From a virus (lineage: Duplodnaviria > Heunggongvirae > Uroviricota > Caudoviricetes): a DNA stretch of 4,227 bases. The stretch spans positions 1 through 4,227 of IMG/VR virus record IMGVR_UViG_2547132488_000021; one strand, written 5' to 3'. The position numbers and the translations under genes were made by a program. The notes under the pieces are model-generated. The model made no database searches and was not told where the DNA came from. It saw only the letters and a list, made by a program, of their open reading frames with translations. Shown piece after piece: positions 1 through 4,227 of this stretch. Numbering within the stretch: position 1 is the first letter of the stretch; every line of letters begins with the position of its first letter.

Positions 1-416
1 TTAGCCCCTGTGCTTTTCAAACATCCAAACAGAAATACTCCAAATTGTTTTTCAGAAGAAAATGCAGAGAGACATGTAAAAGCAATAGACTCATCAAAAA
101 TTTCTATGTATTCAGCACAGTGATTAGCCCAACTAATTAATCCTTTAATTAAACTGAAGTCAGCAAAGTTTATTTTTAAATAAGATGGATATTCCCTACA
201 ATCAGAAATATCCCTTAAGTTATTAGCTTTCAAATAGCGACTAATAAACTCAGCGCCAAAATCCGCCACTATCACTCTTTCAGGATATGTCAGGAAAAAA
301 TCTCTAGAGCTAGAGTCGACAAGTACAGATGAACCTCTCTCCAGAAACACACTCTCTTTTCCGAAATAAACATCAAAGGACTCCAAAATCAATATAACTG
401 AACATGTAGTTGCCAT
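1..416 (-). CDS. Hypothetical protein, N-terminal part only (gene continues beyond the left window edge); function unknown
   Basis: My own translation of the minus strand: ATG at 416..414, then an uninterrupted frame of about 138 codons down to position 3 with no stop (MATTCSVILILESFDVYFGKESVFLERGSSVLVDSSSRDFFLTYPERVIVADFGAEF...). The frame is open back to a stop at 468..470. An open frame this long in very AT-rich DNA is unlikely by chance. A GGGCGGA purine-rich stretch lies a few nt upstream of the ATG on the minus strand. Absent from the supplied ORF track, presumably because its stop is outside the window. No family recognised. Confidence 0.45.
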   Translation of the reverse strand, partial: MATTCSVILILESFDVYFGKESVFLERGSSVLVDSSSRDFFLTYPERVIVADFGAEFISRYLKANNLRDISDCREYPSYLKINFADFSLIKGLISWANHCAEYIEIFDESIAFTCLSAFSSEKQFGVFLFGCLKSTGA

Positions 417-997
417 ATCATCCGCCCAATTTAACTGAAACCAGGATGAAGTATATGTATATAAAGTTCACTTTGCCAAACTTCAATATAAAAAACCACT
501 AAAAATAGGGTGTGATAAAAAATACCGTAACAATAAAGCAAAGGATTATAAATTCCGTTACAGTTACAAATGATACTCAAGAAACAATTCCTTAGGAAAA
601 ACTTATTTACAGCCAATAAGTAAGACACTTATATGATATCAAGTTTTCATAAAACATAACTAGGCTAAATAGCTGCGCCTAATACCGCTACACTTTTGCC
701 AGCCCATGTTTGCCTCCGGGTATTGACCCCTTCTCTACGCAACTTCAGTTCCCACCACCAACTTTGCGGCAGCTTTGTAGGATCAATGTCTAAAAGAATA
801 ATGGTGACCGATAAGAAAACGACTGAATAACTGCAGATTTTCGCTCGAAACCTTCCTGTCAGATCCATAGCGAATCAAGTGCTGAATGTCACAGTATCGA
901 ACAGAAAACAGTGACGATCTAACCCTTCAAGAATATTCTACGATTGTTCTGTTTAGGAAAAGCAAGGCGGGAAGTCGGGAGATAAGTCATTGATAAA

Positions 998-1026
998 GTG
1001 GCGGAGAGAGGGGGATTTGCCCCCCC
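998..1026 (-). other. tRNA 3'-end-like motif: T-arm-like hairpin, 7 nt, G, CCA; possible decayed attachment-site relic
   Basis: Minus strand reads GGGGG-GGCAAAT-CCCCC-TCTCTCC-G-CCA: a 5-bp G/C stem with a 7-nt loop matching the T-loop consensus at 5 of 7 positions (GG in place of TT), then exactly 7 nt, a discriminator position and CCA at canonical tRNA spacing. No matching 5' acceptor strand or D/anticodon arms upstream, so it is at most an orphan 3' fragment. Confidence 0.3.
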
Positions 1027-1044
1027 GGTAGAGTTGCCCCTACT

Positions 1045-1061
1045 CCGGTTTTCGAGACCGG
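1045..1061. other. Second GC-rich hairpin (CCGGT-TTTCGAG-ACCGG) in the AT-rich spacer
   Basis: Perfect 5-bp stem with a 7-nt loop, 18 bp from the first hairpin. No U-run on either strand, so not a classical intrinsic terminator. Confidence 0.3.
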
Positions 1062-1144
1062 TCCAATCATCAAACGAAACATAAAATTAATTCACATTAT
1101 GAGGAAAAGTATCTTTTTTGTACTATGTAAATTCAAAGACTTAG

Positions 1145-2014
<870 letters not shown>

Positions 2015-2074
2015 GTCTTTAAGTGATAAGCATAAACCGCAGCACGATCTTCTTGCATACGACGTGCTACGGTT

Positions 2075-2629
2075 TCATTTATCTCCGACCGGAAACTTCT
2101 TATACAGTGTCGATATACCAACATCATAGATGATCGCCACCTTTTGGCGAGGAACGCCTGATGCAATTAATCGCCCGGCCTGCGCCCATTGTTCTGGTGT
2201 AAGTTTGGGACGACATCCACCAATTCGTCCCTGTGCGCGAGCTGCTTCCAGTCCAGCTTTTGTTCGTTCAACAATCAGTTCACGCTCCATTTCAGCCAGG
2301 GCACCCATCACATGAAAGAAAAAGCGCCCCATTGGGGTACTGGTATCAATTGAATCCGTCAGACTACGAAAGTTGATGCCTCGTTCGCGCAACTCCTCCA
2401 CCAGCACGACAAGATGCCGCATACTGCGCCCCAGTCGGTCCAGTTTCCAGACCACCAGCGTGTCACCTGCCGATAATGTCCTGAGCAGCTTTTTCAGTCC
2501 TGGTCTGTCGGACTTTGTACCGCTTATCTTGTCTTCAAAAATCAGCTCACATCCTGCACACTCCAGCGCATTACGCTGTAATTCCGTATTCTGGTTATTT
2601 GTTGATACGCGGACATAGCCAATAAGCAT
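2075..2629 (-). CDS. pin: Serine-recombinase DNA invertase, Gin/Pin/Hin/Cin family
   Basis: Translation MLIGYVRVSTNNQNTELQRNALECAGCELIFEDKISG...GDTLVVWKLDRLGRSMRHL...INFRSLTDSIDTSTPMGRFFFHVMGALAEMERELIVERTKAGLEAARAQGRIGG...VAIIYDVGISTLYKKFP has the catalytic serine in the VRVST motif, the resolvase/invertase catalytic core, and a C-terminal helix-turn-helix. Start placed at ATG 2629..2627 (protein begins MLIGY as in known invertases) with AGGGGGA 6 nt upstream; the track's longer ORF from ATG 2665 adds 12 unconserved residues. The symbol is by family analogy, not a verified ortholog. Confidence 0.93.
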   Translation of the reverse strand: MLIGYVRVSTNNQNTELQRNALECAGCELIFEDKISGTKSDRPGLKKLLRTLSAGDTLVVWKLDRLGRSMRHLVVLVEELRERGINFRSLTDSIDTSTPMGRFFFHVMGALAEMERELIVERTKAGLEAARAQGRIGGCRPKLTPEQWAQAGRLIASGVPRQKVAIIYDVGISTLYKKFPVGDK

Positions 2630-2709
2630 GTTAAATCCCCCTGGTAAAAGCAGGAATGATGCCATTTGCTTGTTATTTCTTCATTTTCATAAACGTTGGT
2701 TTGGGAGAA
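2630..2709 (-). promoter_or_regulatory. Invertase leader: ribosome-binding site and probable promoter, overlapping the crossover site
   Basis: Minus-strand sequence upstream of the invertase ATG reads ...TATGAAAATGAAGAAATAACAAGCAAATGGCATCATTCCTGCTTTTACCAGGGGGATTTAAC-ATG. The SD is clear; the -35/-10 hexamers cannot be assigned confidently by eye. Only 54 bp separate the start codon from the crossover site, so promoter elements must overlap or lie within the site. Confidence 0.4.
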
Positions 2710-3063
2710 GCAGCAAAACGGAATGTAGGTAACGGGCAAAACCAAATTCCGGATATGGCGGCGTTTGCCAGTTCACTTTCATCAACGGGTTTTCAAAAAC
2801 TCCCTTCAGGTCTGATTATTCAGTGGGGTATTGTCAGTGGAGCATCAAACTATACGGTGACTTACCCGGTAACATTCCCAAATCGTTCACTTGCGCTGTT
2901 GGCTGTGCCACATACAACGTCGGTGGCTGGTATATCTGCAATGGGAATAGCGAACTGTTCTGATATCAGCAAATCACAGTTCTATATAATTGTTGGCGGT
3001 ATATCTCAGGGAGAAATTGTCAAATATGAAAGGTCCTGTTTTTGGGTAGCAATCGGTGTATAG
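2656..3063 (+). CDS. Tail-fibre variable C-terminal cassette, silent orientation
   Basis: Track ORF ending ...SCFWVAIGV. It shares LIIQWG and the terminal AIGV with the opposite cassette. The functional cassette begins at 2710, just inside the crossover site; the ATG at 2656 lies outside the segment in the invertase leader and is probably fortuitous. No tail-fibre N-terminal constant region is attached in this orientation. Confidence 0.65.
   Translation: MMPFACYFFIFINVGLGEAAKRNVGNGQNQIPDMAAFASSLSSTGFQKLPSGLIIQWGIVSGASNYTVTYPVTFPNRSLALLAVPHTTSVAGISAMGIANCSDISKSQFYIIVGGISQGEIVKYERSCFWVAIGV
2684..2709. repeat. Left recombination crossover site (gix/hix/cix/pix-like, 26 bp) bounding the invertible segment
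   Basis: TTTTCATAAACG-TT-GGTTTGGGAGAA: two imperfect 12-bp half-sites around a 2-bp core, with the AAAC/GGTTT inner pattern of invertase crossover sites as I recall them (for example gix TTCCTGTAAACCGAGGTTTTGGATAA). Its reverse complement starts TTCTCCCAAACCAA, which is exactly the last 14 bp of the window. Confidence 0.7.
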
Positions 3064-3071
3064 GTATATCT

Positions 3072-3467
3072 ATGATTTATTTCTCAAAATCGACTAATGG
3101 TTTTTTCTTTGATGGTATAAACAGCGACATGCCTGCTGACATTGTTGAGATAAGTACAGACTTATACAATGAATTAATTGCCGGACAGCAGGAAGGGGGT
3201 AAATTAATCACGTCAGATGAAAATGGTTTACCGGTACTGAAATCTCCGGCGATTGATTATGTCGCACGTGCTGAAAATCAGCGAATGCAGTTACTTGCTC
3301 ATGCCGATAATGTCACAGCTGACTGGCGGGTGGAGTTAATGCTTGGTGATATCAGCAGTACAGATAAAGAAAAACTATCTGCCTGGATGGACTACAAAAA
3401 AGAAGTAAAAGCCGTCGACACTTCGACGGCTCCTGAGATTAGCTGGCCTGAGTTACCGGAGGTGTAG
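3072..3467 (+). CDS. Tail-fibre assembly protein (Tfa chaperone) paired with the silent cassette
   Basis: MIYFSKSTNGFFFDG...AWMDYKKEVKAVDTSTAPEISWPELPEV: conserved Tfa C-terminal signature (VDTS-AP-I-WP--P). ATG at 3072 has AGGT 6 nt upstream; the track ORF starts at a TTG (3042) overlapping the cassette's end. It starts 9 nt after the cassette stop, consistent with co-expression. Confidence 0.85.
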   Translation: MIYFSKSTNGFFFDGINSDMPADIVEISTDLYNELIAGQQEGGKLITSDENGLPVLKSPAIDYVARAENQRMQLLAHADNVTADWRVELMLGDISSTDKEKLSAWMDYKKEVKAVDTSTAPEISWPELPEV

Positions 3468-3876
3468 GCCATTCAATATCTGGAGCACTGGAGGTATCCA
3501 CCAGTTCCAGTGCGTCCAGGTAATCCAGCCACAAATTATATTGCGCCAGTTCCTCACCTTTCAGACGACCAATAGCCGCTTTACCGGGCCATTGTTTATT
3601 GTTCATGTATTCGTTGGCCTGGTTAAGCAATAATTGCCTTTCTGATTCTGCCTGTTGAATAAGTTCTTCATGTGATGGTGGAGGTATCAGTGCCCATGTG
3701 GGTAATCCATTCTCTCCTGCAACACGAATTTTGCCATCTGGGGGCGTATTTATTGCAAATTCATTATAAACATCATCACTGACAGCCAGAGCATCATCTG
3801 GCCATGAATTTGCATTAATGTAATCATCCTTAAGTGCAGGATTCACAAAAATGTTTAAAGATGGACTATAAAACAT
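3439..3876 (-). CDS. Tail-fibre assembly protein (Tfa chaperone) paired with the cassette in the expressed orientation
   Basis: MFYSPSLNIF...EELIQQAESERQLLLNQANEYM...YNLWLDYLDALELVDTSSAPDIEWPTPPVTQAS: Tfa-family C-terminal signature. ATG at 3876..3874 with a GGGGTG SD-like motif upstream, 1 nt after the stop of the upstream cassette (3878-3880). Confidence 0.88.
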   Translation of the reverse strand: MFYSPSLNIFVNPALKDDYINANSWPDDALAVSDDVYNEFAINTPPDGKIRVAGENGLPTWALIPPPSHEELIQQAESERQLLLNQANEYMNNKQWPGKAAIGRLKGEELAQYNLWLDYLDALELVDTSSAPDIEWPTPPVTQAS

Positions 3877-3877
3877 A

Positions 3878-4227
3878 TTACACCCCTATAGCGATATAAC
3901 GACCTAATACAGCGTTTGCAGCAGTCGCTATGCTTGAAAAACCGCGGAACTGATTTGATGTAATTGCAGAAGCCGACAGGATTCCTGCGCCTGAAGGTGT
4001 ATGCCCCACATGACTAACTATCATTCCATAACATGCTGACGGAAAGGCAAAAGGAAAATCATTAAGATATCCGGCATCTTCACCACCAGACCCACCAAAT
4101 CTCGCCTGCCCCCACTGAATAATCAGTGTTCTCCGGGAACCTGAAATAATTAACGGAATCGTTACATACCCATTCAGACCAATGACACCCGATGCAGTGC
4201 CAGCCAGAGATAATTCTCCCAAACCAA
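3878..4227 (-). CDS. Tail-fibre protein, C-terminal portion (partial; gene continues beyond the right window edge)
   Basis: Minus-strand frame open from the window edge to the stop at 3878..3880; translation ...LGELSLAGTASGVIGLNGYVTIPLIISGSRRTLIIQWGQARFGG...AVLGRYIAIGV. The frame reads through the right crossover half-site as L-G-E, the same residues and phase encoded by the left site on the plus strand (2701-2709). The track's initial M is really a TTG inside the crossover site, not a start. Confidence 0.8.
   Translation of the reverse strand, partial: GLGELSLAGTASGVIGLNGYVTIPLIISGSRRTLIIQWGQARFGGSGGEDAGYLNDFPFAFPSACYGMIVSHVGHTPSGAGILSASAITSNQFRGFSSIATAANAVLGRYIAIGV

Larger units (their letters stand above)
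2684..4227. other. Invertible DNA segment (tail-fibre host-range switch); right boundary truncated by the window edge
   Basis: Bounded by inverted crossover sites at 2684-2709 and 4214-4227 (continuing past the window). Content is the classic mirror arrangement: cassette(+), tfa(+), tfa(-), cassette(-), with the invertase gene immediately outside. Confidence 0.7.

Noticed and set aside
431-628. 65-aa minus-strand ORF from the track
   Set aside because: Lies in the most AT-rich stretch; the translation is low-complexity and hydrophobic, with no recognisable motif or ribosome-binding site. More likely promoter/spacer DNA upstream of the 1-416 gene.
665-868. 67-aa minus-strand ORF with a hydrophobic stretch (VVFLSVTIILLDI), possible small membrane protein
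   Set aside because: No Shine-Dalgarno before the ATG and no family resemblance; a short ORF in a GC-richer block is easily chance. Kept only as a note; the block may instead be a gene remnant.
998-1072. Functional tRNA gene at the hairpin pair
   Set aside because: No complete cloverleaf can be drawn on either strand: the T-loop has GG where TT is expected, there is no matching 5' acceptor strand, and the plus-strand alternative lacks CCA and acceptor pairing. At most a decayed 3' fragment.
2041-2068. Inverted repeat AGCACG...CGTGCT between the convergent GIY-YIG and invertase genes as a bidirectional terminator
   Set aside because: Only a 6-bp stem with a 16-nt loop and no flanking U-run; too weak to call.
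2130-2618. Plus-strand ORFs 2130-2315 and 2373-2618
   Set aside because: Both lie entirely antisense to the well-supported invertase gene, and their translations are Ser/Arg/Pro-rich, typical of the shadow frame of a real gene.
2630-2665. Longer invertase start at ATG 2665 (adding MASFLLLPGGFN)
   Set aside because: Known invertases of this family start MLIGY/MLIGYVRVS, and a good SD (AGGGGGA) precedes the ATG at 2629. The extension would be translated from the SD sequence itself.
2656-2709. ATG at 2656 as a genuine independent start for the silent tail-fibre cassette
   Set aside because: These codons lie outside the invertible segment in the invertase leader on the opposite strand from its promoter. 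The cassette is expected to be expressed only as a fusion after inversion.
2542-2745. 67-aa minus-strand ORF spanning the invertase start and the crossover site
   Set aside because: Out of frame with the invertase and overlaps it, the leader and the crossover site; no support as an independent gene.

Overview
This window looks like the distal end of a prophage tail-fibre module joined to an AT-rich cargo region. The right half (2075-4227) is a complete Gin/Pin/Hin/Cin-type host-range switch: a serine DNA invertase (minus strand, 2075-2629), a 26-bp crossover site (2684-2709) with its inverted partner cut by the window edge (4214-4227), and between them two alternative tail-fibre C-terminal cassettes, each with its own tail-fibre assembly (Tfa) chaperone gene. 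The cassette at 3878-4213 sits on an open frame that runs off the right edge, so the constant part of the tail-fibre gene should lie beyond 4227. Directly beyond the invertase, convergent with it, is a gene for a protein with an N-terminal GIY-YIG nuclease motif and an unrecognised C-terminal domain (1241-2014). This is the same position that holds mcrA next to pinE in e14 and mom next to gin in Mu, and it is my main candidate for an undescribed accessory or anti-phage function. Further left are a roughly 770-bp ORF-poor AT-rich spacer containing a tRNA 3'-end-like hairpin motif (possible decayed attachment-site relic) and the 5' part of an unannotated AT-rich gene running off the left edge (1-416, minus strand). 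All calls come from reading the sequence and from recalled family signatures; no database search or composition calculation was run.
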